This document shows, piece after piece, positions 12,098 through 24,892 of a stretch of DNA of 64,000 bases. The stretch is from Mobula hypostoma. Its lineage: Eukaryota. The stretch is taken from assembly GCF_963921235.1 (NCBI RefSeq), contig NC_086108.1, forward strand, positions 19,530,001 through 19,594,000, written 5' to 3'. Position 1 is the stretch's first letter; each line of letters begins with the position of its first letter. The notes beneath the pieces are model-generated. The model did not search any database. It was not told where the DNA came from and saw nothing but the letters and a program-made list of their open reading frames with translations. Position numbers and translations under genes: made by a program.

Positions 12098-15000
12098 CAA
12101 AGGCAGAGGCAAATAAATTTTTGATTGCTCAGGCCATGAAGAGATACGGGAAGAAAGGAAGAGATTGAGCAGAGAGGAAATCTGGATCAGTATCAGAATA
12201 AGGTTTATTATAGAAACATAGAAAACCTACAGCACAAAGCTGTGCTGAACATGTCCCAACCTTAGAACTACCTAGGCTTTACCCATAGCCCTCTATTCTT
12301 CTAAGCACCACATAGCCATCCAGGAGTCTCCTAAAAGACCCTATCGTTGCCGCCAGCAGCCCATTCCATGCACTCACCACTCTCTGCGTAAAAAACTTAC
12401 CCTGACACCTCCTCTGTACCTACTTCCAAGCACCTTAAAATTATGCCCTCTCATCCTAGCCATTTCAGCCCTGGGGAAAAGCCTCTGACTATCCACACGA
12501 TCAATGCCTCATTATCTTGAACACCTCCATCATGTCACCTCTCTTCCTCCATCACTCCAAGAAGAAAAAACCGAGTTCTCTCAACCCATTCTCATAAGGC
12601 ATGCTCCCCAATCCAGGCAACATCCTCGTAAATCTCCTCTGCACCCTTTCTATGGTTTCCACATCCTTCCTGCAGTAAGGGAACCAGAATTGAACACAGT
12701 ACTCCACGTGGGGTCTGACCAGGGTCCTATATAACTGCAACATTACCTCTCGGCTCTTAAACTCAATCACACGATTGATGAAGGCCAATGAACCATATGC
12801 TTTCTTAAACACAGAGTCAACCTGCGTAGCAGCCTTAAGTGTCCTGTGGACTCGGACCCCAAGATCCCTCTGATCCTCCACACTGCTATGAGTCTTATCA
12901 TTAATGCTATATTTTGCCATCATTTTTGACCTACCAAAATGAACTACCTCACACTTATCTGGGTTGAACTCCATCTGCCACTTCTCAGCCCAGTTTTGCA
13001 CCTCTGACAGCCCTCCACACTATCCACAACACCCCAACCTTTGTGTCATCAGCAAACTTACTAACCCATCCCTCCACTTCCTCATCCAGGTCATTTATAA
13101 AAATCACAAAGAGAAGGGGTCCCAGAACAGAGCCCTGAGGCACACCACTGGTCACCGGCGTCCATGCAAAATATGACCCGTCTACAACCACTCATTGTCT
13201 TCTGTGGGCAAGCCAGTTCTGGATCTACAAAGCAATGTCCCCTTGGATCCCATGCCTCCTTATTTTCTCAATAAGCCTTGCATGGGGTACCTTATCAAAT
13301 GTCTTGCTAAAATCCATATACACTGCATCTATGGCTCTACCTTCATGAATGTGTTTAGTCACATCCTCAAAAAATTCAATCAGGCTTGTAAGACACGACC
13401 TGCCTTTGACAAAGCCATGCTGACTAATCCTAATCATATTATGCCTCTCCAAATATTCATAAATCCTGCCTCTCAGGATCTTCTCCATCAACTTACCAAC
13501 CACTGAAGTAAGACTCACTGGCCTATAATTTCCTGGGCTACCCCTACTCCCTTTCTTGAATAAGGGAACAACATCCGCAACCCTCCAATCCTCCAGAACC
13601 ACTCCCGTCTTCACTGATGATGCAAAGATCATTGCCAGAGGCTCAGCGATCTCCTCCCTCGCTTCCCACAGTAGCCTGGGGTACATCCCGTCTGGTCCCG
13701 GTGACTTATCCAACTTGATGCTTTCCACATCCTCTTCCTTAATATCTACATTCTCAAGCTTTTCAGTCCACGGCAAGTCATCCCTATAATCGCCAAGGTC
13801 CTTTTCCATAGTGAATACTGAAGCAAAGTATTCATTAAGTCCTATTCTCTCACGTCTTATTCTCTTGCTCTTCACATACTGTAGAAAGTCTTGGGATTTT
13901 CCTTAATCCTGTCCGCCAAGGCCTTCTCATGGCCCCTTCTGGCTCTCCTAATTTCATTCTTAAGCTCCTTCCTGCTGGCCTTATAATCTTCTAGATTTCT
14001 ATCATTACCTAGCTTTTTTTAACCTTTCGTAAGCTCTTTTCTTCTTGACTAGATTTTTACAACAGCCTTTGTACACCACAGATCGTGTACCCTACCATCC
14101 TTTATGTCTCATTGGAACGTACCTACTCAGAACCCCACACAAATATCCCCTGAACGTTTGCCACATTTCTTCTGTACGTTTCCCTGAGAACATCTGTTCC
14201 CAATTTATGCTTCCAAGTTCCTGCCTGATAGCCTTATATATCCCCTTACTCCAATTAAACGTTTCCCTAACTTGTATGCTCCTATCCCTCTCCAATGCTA
14301 TGGTGAGGGAGATAGAATTGTGATCACTATCTCCAAAATGCTCTCCCACTGAGACCTGACACCTGACCAGGTTCATTTCCCCATACCAGATCAAGTGCAG
14401 CCTCTCCTCTTGTAGGCTTATCTACATATTGTGTCCAGAAAGGTTCCTGAACACACCCAATAAACTCTACCCAGTAGATGTAGTGTATATGGATTTCAGC
14501 AAGGCATTTGATGGTACCCCATGCAAGGCTTATTGAGAAAGTAAGGAGGCATGGCTTTGTGGATCCAGAACTGGCTTGCCCACAGAAGGCAAAGAGTGGT
14601 TGTAGACGGGTCATATTCTGCATGGAGGGCAGTCACCAGTGGAGTGCCTCAGGGATCGGTTCTGGGACCCTTACTCTTCATGATTTTTATAATTGACCTG
14701 GATGAGGAAGTGGAGGGATGGGTTAGTAAGTTTGCTGATGACACAAAGGTTGGAGGTGTTGTGGATAGTGTGGAGGGCTGTCGGAGGTTACAGCGGGACA
14801 TAGATAGGATGCAAAACTGGGCTGAGATGTGGCAGATGAAGTTCAACCCAGATAATTGTGAGATGGTTCATTTTAGTAGGTCAAATATGATGGCAGAATA
14901 TAGTATTAATGGTAAGACTCTTGGCAGTGTGGAGGATCAGAGGGATCTTGGGGTCTGAGTCCATAGGACGCTCAAAGCAGCTGCGCGGATTGACTCTGTG

Positions 15001-15222
15001 GTTAAGAAGGCGTACTGTGTATTGGCCTTCATCAATCGTGGAATTGAATTTAGGAGCCAAGAGGTAATGTTGCAGCTATATAGGACCCTAGTCAGACCCC
15101 ACTTGGAGTACTGTGCTCAGTTCTGATCGCCTCACTACAGGAAGGACGTGGAAGCCATAGAAAGTGTGCAGAGGAGATTTACAAGGATGTTGCCTGGATT
15201 GGGGAGCATGCCTTATGAGAAT

Positions 15223-15836
15223 GGAGGGAGGAGAAGATGGCAGCGCGCGCAGCTGTTCCGAATGAATATCGTATGTGTTAACTAGGAGGCCGTGCACAAT
15301 CTGGATTTGATGGAGACAGCCGTGAGAAGCACGGAGGAACACCTGGAGTAACTTCTGAAATGCCCGCTTCACTGCCACTGCTACTGTGCGATCGAGAATC
15401 TCCAGAGGGGAAGGACCCAAATCCTTGGTTTTGCCTATTGCCGGGGTTGAAGCGCTCAGCAGAGATGGTGCTCGGTGTCGGACAGCTAGTCGGAGGCTCA
15501 GAGTTTTCAAACAGACTCGGAGTCAGACTGTGGTCGGATGCTTCCAGCATGCTGCATCGGGAAGTTTGCGGCGCTGGAGGTTCACCATCTGCATGAAATG
15601 ATGGGACTTCTGAGAGACTTTGAGACTTTCACTGTGCCCATGGCCTGCTCTTATCAAATTACGGTATTGCTTTGCACTGTTGTAACTATATGTTATAATT
15701 ATGTGGTTTTTGTTAGTTTTTAAAGTCGGTTTGTCATGTGTTTCTGTGATATCATTCTGGAAAAACATTGTATCATTTCTTAATGTATGCATTACTAAAT
15801 GACAATAAAAGAGGACTGCGTGTCCTCATAATCTAA
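15223..15836 (+). mobile_element. Unclassified non-coding insertion, probably a non-autonomous retroposon
   Basis: Cleanly interrupts CR1 at ...CCTTATGAGAAT; CpG-rich 5' part with AAGATGGCAGCG; AATAAA near the 3' end; no TSD seen. Confidence 0.6.
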
Positions 15837-16115
15837 AAGTTTGAATTAACTTGGCCTTTTCTCCTTGGAGTAGCGGAGGATGAGAGGTGACCTGATAGAG
15901 GTGTACAAGATGATGAGAGGCATTGATTGTGTGGATAGTCAGAGGCTTTATCCCAGGGCTGAAATGGTTGCCACAAGAGGACACAGGTTTAAAGTACTGG
16001 GGAGTAGGTACAGAGGAGATGTTTGTTTTTTTTTTAAACACGCAGAGAGTGGTGAATGTGTGGAATGGGCTGCCGGCAACGGTGGTGGAGGCAGATACGA
16101 TAGAGTCTTTTAAGA

Positions 16116-16793
16116 CAGTGGTCCCCAACCACCAGGCCGTGAAGAAACGATATGATTTGACGATATGAGTCAGCTGCACCTTTCCTCATTCTCTGTCACG
16201 CACTATTGAACTTGAACATAGGGTTGCCAACTGTCCCGTATTAGCCGGGACATCACGTATATTGGGCTAAATTGGATTGTCCCATACGGGACCGCCCTTG
16301 TCCCGTATTTCCCCCGCTAAGGTAGAGTGTTCCTATGAAACGGTTCATAAGCCGAAATGGCGTAAAGTGAAGCAGCAATTACCATTAATTTATATGGGAA
16401 AAATTCTTGAGCATTCCCAGACCCAAAAAATAACCTACCAAATCAAACCAAATAATACATAAAACCTATAATACTAACATATAATAAAAGCAGGAATGAT
16501 ATGATAAATACACAGCCTACATAACGTAGAAATAATGTATGTACAGTGTAGTTTCACTTAACAGAATCGGGAAGATTAAGCCAAAACCAATTTGTAGGAA
16601 AAAGATCGGCACGTACACACATGCGCACACAGGTGCCCGCGCAAGGCTTCATGGTCATGGTAGTCTTTCCCAGGGTAAACACAAATGTCCCTTATTTGGG
16701 AGTGAGAAAGTTGGCAACCCTTCTTGAACACTCCCCCTGCCCCCATTTTTTTTTTAAACCGGTCTGCAGTGCAAAAACGGTTGGGGACCCCTG
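16116..16793. mobile_element. hAT (Charlie-like) MITE
   Basis: TIRs CAGTGGTCCCCAACC / GGTTGGGGACCCCTG; perfect 8-bp TSD TTTTAAGA at 16108-16115 and 16794-16801. Confidence 0.93.
16219..16722. mobile_element. Second hAT MITE (TAGGGTTGCCA-type ends) nested in the first
   Basis: TIRs TAGGGTTGCCAACT / AGTTGGCAACCCTT; perfect 8-bp TSD CTTGAACA at 16211-16218 and 16723-16730. Confidence 0.9.
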
Positions 16794-19289
16794 TTTTAAG
16801 AGACTTTTGGATAGGTACATGGAGCTTAGGAAAATAGAGGGCTGTAGGTAAGCCTATTAATTTCTAAGGTAGGGACATGTTTGGCACAATTTTGTGGGCC
16901 GAAGGGCCTGTATTGTGCTGTAGGTTTTCTGTGTGTCTATGTAAACCCCTCACTCTAGGGAGATGCCAATCAATATTTGGGAAATTAAAACCTCCCACCA
17001 CAACAACCCTGTTATTACTCCTTTCCAGAATCTGTCTCCCTGTCTGCTCCTCAAAGTCCCTGTTACTATTGGATGGTCTATATAAAAAAAAACACGTAGT
17101 TATTGACCCCTTCCTGTTCTTAACCTCCACCCACAGAGACTCAGTGGACAACCCCTCCATGACTTCCTCCTTTTCTGCAGCCGTGACACTATCTCTCATC
17201 AACAGTGCCATGCCCCACCTCTTTTGCCTCCCTCCCTATCCTTTCTGAAACATTTAAAGCCTGGCACTTGAAGTAACCATTCCTGCCCCTGCACCATCCA
17301 AGTCTCTGTAATGGCCACAACATCATAGCTCCAAGTGCTGATCCACACTCCAAGCTCATCCGCTTTATTCATAATACTCCTCGCATTAAAATAGACACAA
17401 CTCAAACCATCGGTCTGAGCACGTCCCTTCTCTATCACCTGCCTATCCTCCCTTTCGCACTGTCTCCAAGCTTTCTCTATTTGTGAGCCAACCTCCCTTT
17501 CCTCCGTCACTTCAGTTCGGTTCCCACCCCCCAGCAATTCTAGTCTAAACTCTCCACAGTAGCCTTAGCAAACCTCCCCACCAGGATATTGGTCCCCCGC
17601 GGATTCAAGTGCAACCCGTCTTTTTTGTACAGGTCACACCTACCCCAAAAGAGGTTCCAATGATCCAGAAATCTGAATCCCTGCTCCAATCCCTCAGCCA
17701 CACATTTATCCTCCACCTCATTCTGTCCTCTGCTCACCATCATGTGGCACAGGCAGTATTCCCAAGATTACTACCTTTGAGATCCTGACATGTCACCGAC
17801 ATAGGTTTTAAAATTTAACTTAGCAGCAGCAGTTCAATGCAATACATAATCTAGAATAATAATAAATCAATTACAGTATACATATTGAATAGATGAAAAA
17901 TCATGCAAAAATAGAAATATATATTTTAAAAAAGAGGTAGTGTTCAGGATTTCGAATTGGATGGCAGAGGGGAAGAAGCTGTTACTGTTCCTAAGCAGAC
18001 TCAATGAGCCAAATGGCCTAATTCTGCTCCTATATCTTATGGTCTAAAACTAGCTGCCTCTCCGCCTATCAAAGTATTGTCTGCAAATTTCGCAAAAAAG
18101 CCTTCAATTCTGTCATCCACATCATTGACATAGAACGTAAAAATAACTTCTACCATTCTACAAATCAAAGCTGATCTTTTAACTCAAAACCAATGCTAGT
18201 AAATGAGATTTGTGCAAATAGCACTCAATTGCGCAACTCTCCCTCACTTAAATCCAAATCATGCGCTAGTCTCGACACCATCATAATGGTGTCGAGGTCC
18301 TCATCGACGTTGACAATGGACGAACATAACTCAATTGTTGCCATGTGCACAATGGGGCAAAGTTTGTTTCTGTACAGCATGACTATGACTACTTTTCCAC
18401 ACTAACCCTATACTTGATTTGCTTTATTTAGAAATCTATTGTTTTGTCTTGAATATACATCAAGACTGAGGCACCACAGTATTCAGTCAGAGAATTTCAA
18501 AACCACTACCCAGAGGGTGTAGAAATTCCTCCTTCTGTCAACACACACAAAATGCAGGAGGAACTCAGCAAGTTAGGCAGCACCTATGGAGGGAAATAAA
18601 CAGAAGAGATTTTGGATGGAGACCCTCTTTTCTGTATCTTCTTTTGAGAACATGATGCCTGATTGCAGCACAGCTCACCAATTAGAACAGCTCCGCATCC
18701 TCTGTGTGGAGCCTTATAAAAATTTTGCACATTTCATCAAGACCTTTCATTCTTCTAGACTTCATGGAATAGAGGAACAATCTGTTTCAGCTTCCCTCAT
18801 AAGAAAATAAACTCCATTCCAGGAATCAATTCAGTTAACCTTCATTGCACACCCACAAATAACCCAGTGGCCTTGAGCCTTTGATGGTGCTGTACTGATG
18901 ATTTCTAGAATCACATTAATAACCAAATGTATATATTGAAAAATATGAAGATGCTATGAAGTTTACCACAGCACCTGGTAAGTTTACAAGGAGGAAACAC
19001 GGAAACACAGCTCATGCAACAAACCAACCCAGATTTCTGATCCATGGTATGCCAGATCCTAAACCTGGCTCCAGTTATGCATGCAGACTGCAGCCTGGAC
19101 TCCAGTTCTGGATGGTGGCTTACAGTCCGGACAAGCGTGCCAGACAACAACAAAGCTGGATTTCCAGAGTATCAGGTGCCGGATTATTGGCATTTGACAT
19201 TAGTGGAAAGACATGAGACTGAACAGCCTTGACTCAATATCAACAGCTCATTTCCCTCCACTGATGCTGCTCGACCCACTGAGTTACTC

Positions 19290-19790
19290 CAGCAGACACA
19301 CAAGAGATTCTGCAGATGCTGGAAATCTTGAGGAATCCACACAAAGTGTTAGAGGAACTCAGCAAGTCAGGCAACATTTAAGGAGGGGAATAAACAGTCA
19401 GCATTTCAGGCCAAGACCATTCATCAGAACTGGAAAGGAAGGGGGCAGAAGCCAAAATAAGGTGGGGGTTTGGGGAAGAGTCCCACCAAGCTGGCAGATG
19501 ATAGGGGGAAGGGTGTGGGTGGAGAAAGGAGGAATAAAAGGGAACGATATGAAAAGCTGAATGGTGATTACATGAAAGAGGTAAAGTGCTGAAGGAGGAG
19601 GACGGTGTACCATGGAATAAAGGGAACTGGGGGAGGTGATGGGCAAGTCATGATAGGGGAGAGGAATAGTTGGGGGAGCTACCAGAATGAAACAAAAAAA
19701 AAGTGGAGGTGAGAAAAACTAGAAGTTAGAGAAAAAAAGATGTTCATGCCATCAAGTCGAGCACTACCAGACAGAATATGAGGTGTTTAG
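19290..19790 (-). mobile_element. Penelope-like element 3' fragment
   Basis: Same terminal sequence as 6725-7154; degenerate hammerhead at ~19395-19432. Confidence 0.75.
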
Positions 19791-19878
19791 CCTCACTGCC
19801 CTCAAACTTACTTGATTCGTCTCTGACACCCCTCTCTCCTTTCTTAATCTCTCTGTCTCCATCTCCAAAACCAGATTA

Positions 19879-20800
19879 CACTGGACAACAAAGACGTTGC
19901 TTCCTGAATACTTTTGGGTTTATCTTATGGTTTTTAGGCTACAGATCACAAAAACCGCCATGAAGTTTTTCTATCACACACAATTTTTTAAAAAATCACC
20001 TGTATTTGTTATTTCAATTCATAATTCACATCACAATAACTAATCCCAAGATTAAAGGTGGTGTTTTTGTTGGTCCACAAATCAAACAGGTCATCAATGA
20101 CAGGCAATTTGAAGAACTTCCAGTGGGACCAGAGAAAATTGCATGGAAGGGATTCAAGGACGTTGTTGAAAATTTTACTTTAAAATTACTATTTATTGAG
20201 ATACAACGTGGAGCAGGCTCTTCCAGCCCTTTGAGGCACACCATCCAGCAATCCCCCGATTTAATCATGGGACAACTTACAAGGGCCAGTTAACCTACCA
20301 ACCAGTAGGTCTTTGGATTATCAGGGGAAATTAGACCAGCCAGAGGAAACCCACGCGGTCACAAGGAGAATGTACAGACAGCAGTGGGAAATGAACCCAG
20401 GTCGCCCGTACTGCAAAGCATTGTGTTAACAATTGCACTACCATGCTACCCCAAAATTTTCTTGGCAACTACATGACACCAAACTACATGCAGCTGGTCG
20501 ACAGCATGTTTCAAGCATACAAAACCATGAAGTGCAACATGTCAATAAAGATTCATTTTCTACATTCCTATTTTGACTTCTTCCCTAAAAATCTTGGCGC
20601 TGTCAGTGATGAGCATGGTGAAAGGTTTCACCAGGACATTGCGATCATGGAGAAACAGTATCAGGGCAACCGAAATCCATCAACGTTGGCTGACTATTGT
20701 TGGACACTTACGAGAGAGGCCTCAGACACTGAGTACAAACAGAAATCAACGAAATATTTTTAGCTTAGCTGAACTATTGCAAAGTGTCAGCACATTGTGC
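19879..20800 (+). mobile_element. Chapaev3-like (CMC) DNA transposon deletion derivative
   Basis: KIKGGVFVGPQI...FKDVVENF | LGNY...MSIKIHFLHSYFDFFPKNLGAVSDEHGERFHQDIAIMEKQYQG...LADYCW; probable left end CACTGGACAACAA at 19879. Confidence 0.75.
20177..20452 (-). mobile_element. V-SINE inserted in the transposase
   Basis: Same family as 11845 and 57355; flanking duplication AAAATTTT at 20169-20176 and 20453-20460. Confidence 0.8.
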
Positions 20801-20822
20801 AATAACAATGATAAGTATCCTA

Positions 20823-21009
20823 ACACAAACAAGAGAAAGCCTGCAGATGCTGCACATCCAAGCAACACACACAAAATGCTGGAAGAACTTGGCAGACTAG
20901 GCAGCATCCATAGAAGGGTACAGTTGACATTTCAGCCTAAAACGTCGACTGTACTCTTCTCCACAGATGCTGCCTGGCCTGGTGAGCTCCTCCAGCATTG
21001 TGTGAGTGC
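20823..21009. mobile_element. Miniature fold-back PLE terminus
   Basis: Two inverted PLE ends joined at ~20935; TSD TGATA(A/G)GTATCCTA at 20809-20822 and 21010-21023. Confidence 0.75.
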
Positions 21010-21023
21010 TGATAGGTATCCTA

Positions 21024-21542
21024 TCCTCACCTACCTCGGTATCCAACACATCACTCTCCGTAACCCCTGTGATCTCCAATGAGATCTCACCATCAGGTAC
21101 ACTTTCTGCAGTGTCTCTCCCTTCTTCACTCATCGCTCTCCACAGATCTCCCTGCTGGAAATTATCACTCCAAGCAGGACAAGTGGAATACCTCTGCCTA
21201 CACCTCACCACCATTCGTGACCCTAAACAGGGGAGGCAGCACTTCACCCGAGAGCCTTTTCAGGTAATTTATAGCATCCATTGAAGCCCTCTCTACACAA
21301 GACACGAACACAGACTGAGGAACCACTTCACTGAGCAGCTTCACTGTCTGCCACAATAGTCAGGGTCTCCAAGTGACCACCCATTTCAATCTGAATTGCC
21401 ATTCCCACAGTGCCACGTCAGCTTATGGCCTCCTCTACTGCCGTGATGAGGCAAAGCACAGGTTGGAGGAGCAACACATCATATTCTATCCAGGTAGACT
21501 CAAATCTAAAGGCATGAATATAAACTGCTCTAACTTCAGATA
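21024..21542 (+). mobile_element. Decayed PLE GIY-YIG region
   Basis: RQHFT, HFN, GLLYC.DEAKHRLEEQHIIF, GMNI motifs with frameshifts. Confidence 0.75.
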
Positions 21543-21831
21543 ACATTTAGAGTTCAAAATAATTTTATTATCAAAGTATATATATGTCACAATATACAAA
21601 CCTGAGATTCATTTTCTTATGGACAATTACAGTAAATACAAGAAACACAAGAGAGCCAGTGAAAGACTGCACCCAACAAGATAAGCAAACACCAATGTGC
21701 AAAACAACTCCACAAATATAACAAGGGAAAATTATAGTAATAATAAATAAGTAAACACTAAATATCCAGAACATGAGATGAAGAGTCTTTGGAAGTGAGT
21801 CCAGTCAGTGAGAACATTTCAGTGATGGATT

Positions 21832-23560
21832 ATAGACAATAGACAAAAGGTGCAGGAGTAGGCCATTCAAGCCAGCACCACCATTCACTGTGATCATGGC
21901 TGATCATCCATTATCAGTATCCAGTTCCTGGAACCTTTGATTCCACTATCTTTAAGAGCTCTATCCATCTCTTTTCTGAAAGCATCCAGAGACTTGGCCT
22001 CCACAGTCTTCTGGGGCAGAGCATTCCATATATCCACCACTCTCTGGGTGAAAAAGTTTTTCCTCAACTCCGTTCTAAATGGCCTACCCCTTATTCTTAA
22101 ACTGTGGCCTCTGGTTCTGGACTTACCCATCAGCAGGAACATGCTTCCTGCCTGCCGCGTGTCCAATCCCTTAATAATCTTACATGTTTCAATAAGACCC
22201 CCTCTCAGCCTCTAAATTCCAGAGTATACAAGCCCAGTCACTCCAATCTTTCGACCTATGTCAGTCCCGCCATCCCGGAAATTAACCTTGTGAACCTACG
22301 CTGCACTCCCTCAATAGCAAGAATGTCCTTCCTCAAATTTGGAGACCAAAACTGCACACAGTACTCCAGATGGGGTCTCACCAGGGCCCTGTACAGCTGC
22401 AGAAGGACCTCTTTGCTCTTATACTCAATTCCCCTTGTTATGAGGGCCAGCATGCCATTAGCTTTCTTCACTGCCTGCTGTACCTGCATGCTTGCTTTCA
22501 GTGACTGATGTACAAGAAAACCTAGATCTCTTTGCACTTCCCCTTTTCCTAACTTGACTCCATTTAGATAATAATCTGCCTTCCCGTTCTTACCACCAAA
22601 GTGGATAACCTCACATTTATCCACATTAAACTGCATCTGCCATGCATCTGCCCACTCACCCAACCTGTCCAAGTCACCCTGCATTCTCATAACATCCTCC
22701 TCACATTTCACACTGCCACCCAGCTTTGTGTCATCGGCAAATTTGCTAATGTTACTTTTAATTCCCTCATCTAAATCGTTAATATATATTGTAAACAGCT
22801 GCGGTCCCAGCACTGAAACCTGCGGTACCCCACTGATCACCGCCTGCCATTCCAAAAGGGACCCATTAATCACTACTCTTTGTTTTCTGTCAGCCAGCCA
22901 ATTTTTAATCCATGTTAGTACCCTGCCCCCAATACCATGTGCCCTAATTTTGCCCACTAATCTCCTATGTGGGACTTTATCAAAGGCTTTCTGAAAGTCC
23001 AGGTACACTACATCCACTGGCTCTTGCCCATTGGACATCCTTGTCCATTTTCATAGTTACATCCTCAAAAAATTCCAGAAGATTAGTCAAGCAAGATTTC
23101 CCCTTCGTAAATCCATGCTGACTCGGACCAATCCTGTTACTGCTATCCAGATGTGTCATAATTTCATCTTTTATAATGGACTCCAGCATCTTTCCCACCA
23201 CCGACGTCAGGTTAACTGGTCTATAATTCCTTGTTTTCTCTCTTCCTCCCTTCTTGAAGAGAGGGTCAACATTAGCCACCCTCCAATCCACAGGAACTGA
23301 TCCTGAATCTATAGAACATTGGAAAATGATTACCAATGCGTCCAAGATTTCTAAAGCCACCTCCTTAAGTGTCCTGGGATGCAGACCATCAGGTCCCGGG
23401 GACTTATCAGCCTTCAGACCCAACAGCTTATCCAACACCATTTCCTGCCTAATATAAATTTCCTTCAATTCATCCATTACCCTAGGTCCTTTGGCCACTG
23501 TTACATCTGGGAGACTGTTTGTGTCTTCCCTAGTGAAGACAGATCCAAAGTACCTGTTCA
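21832..23560 (-). mobile_element. 5'-truncated CR1 LINE
   Basis: ORFs 22256..23038 ([22 protein letters not shown]) and 22980..23747 (KSPGPDGLHPR, NYRPV). Confidence 0.92.
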
Positions 23561-24755
23561 ACTCAGGACTGTTCAATTGTGTGATATGATCCCCTGGTTC
23601 AAGAGCCTGATGGTTGAGGGGTAATAACTGTTCTTGAACCTGGTGCTGAGAGTCCTGAGGCCACTTTACAACCTTGTTGATGGCAAAAGCAAGACCTGGG
23701 TGTTGGGGGGGTCCCTGGTGAGGGATGCTGCTCTCCTGCAACAGCATTCCATGTAGATCTGCTCCATGATGAGGAAGGCTTTACCTGTGATGGACTGGGC
23801 CACATCCACTAGTTTTTCACACAAGGCCAAGATGCAACCAGTCAATGTGTTCGCCACCAAACATCTAGAGGTTTGTCAAAATCTTAGATGACATACCAAA
23901 TCTTCACAAACTTATAAGTAGAGGTGCTGCCCCCTAAACCCCTATTTCCTCCCCACCCCACCTGTTTTCCCTTATTCTGGTGACCCCCCCACCCCTTCTC
24001 TTCTCCTCCCCTCATGATCTGCCTTTCACCTCTCTCTGGTTTTCCACTTCCTCTTTTTTATTCTATAGTCCACTGTCATCTACTATCTTATGACTTCTTC
24101 AGGCCTTCACCTCTTCCACCTATCACCTTCCAACTTCGCAGAATACTCCTTTTCATCCCCCCTCACCTACTCTCCCATGCCACCCACCAGCTTGCACTCC
24201 TCCCCTTCCCCCACCTCCTTATTGTCCCCTTCCTTCCCAGTCCTGTTGAAAGGTCTCAGTCTGAAACGTTGACTGTTTATTTCCCTTCGTAGTTGTTGCC
24301 TGAATGCTCAGGTTGTGTGTGTATAAACGAAGTTACTGAAGCATTTTTAATCCAGATTCCAGTATCTGCAATTTCCTATGTCTGCAATAGATGTTAGAAT
24401 ATAAAGGAAAACAGAACAAACTAACGTTTTAATTAAGGATATCCAACCAAGCCAGGAGACCAGACCGAGGAACAATATTCATGTGGTCCCATCAGGGCCC
24501 CGTATAATCGGAAAAACAACTCCATACTGAAAACCCCTTTCAGCTTATCAGGGAGGTGAAGGGTAGTTTGAAGTGGAATGTGGGCTGGGGGGGTGGGGGC
24601 TGGGGGCTGGGGGGTGGGGGGGGGAGAGGAGACCGCCCCTCCCCCACGAAAACAGAACCTGCATTTAGAACCTCCACCGTCCCACGATGGCAGCGCCCAG
24701 CCTCCAGACCCGCCATGCCGCAGCCGGCCCTCCCTCCCAGAGACCACGGACTCAC

Positions 24756-24892
24756 ATGGTGTAGTCCTCCCTCCGCTGGATGCGATATTGCCGGAGCACC
24801 TTCAGCTCTTTCAGATTCCCGTCCACCTCCCAGGAGATGAAGTCCACCTTCTTCAGCAGCTTCTGCTCGTGGAACTTCAACTTGCGCACCAT
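24756..24892 (-). CDS. imp3: U3 small nucleolar ribonucleoprotein IMP3, first coding exon
   Basis: Manual translation [45 protein letters not shown] matches the conserved IMP3 N-terminus; 137 nt ending in phase 2 at a canonical GTGAGT donor (24755-24750); locally CpG-rich. Confidence 0.95.

Larger units (their letters stand above)
5170..12190 (+). mobile_element. Near full-length decayed CR1 LINE (ORF1 esterase, APE endonuclease, RT) with nested insertions
   Basis: VVIHVGTNDIG SGNH-esterase motif (5471-5740); endonuclease motifs ITESWL and IVYRP (6170-6720); RT motifs LDF.KAFD.VPH and KFAD (11020-11290); many stops and frameshifts. Confidence 0.85.
14473..16941 (+). mobile_element. 5'-truncated CR1 LINE of the same family
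   Basis: ORF 14551..14958 ([19 protein letters not shown]) and 15880..16113; hosts inserts at 15223 and 16116. Confidence 0.88.
12210..17790 (-). mobile_element. CR1 LINE (ORF1 end, EN, RT, tail) split by an opposite-strand CR1
   Basis: RT ORFs 12552..13001, 12985..13191, 13225..13875; EN ORFs 16864..17211, 17199..17537 (VYFNARSI, AITETW); tail at 12210. Confidence 0.88.

Noticed and set aside
6820..24275. Selection against sense-strand hammerheads in the imp3 intron
   Set aside because: Copies in both orientations are decayed and the numbers are too small
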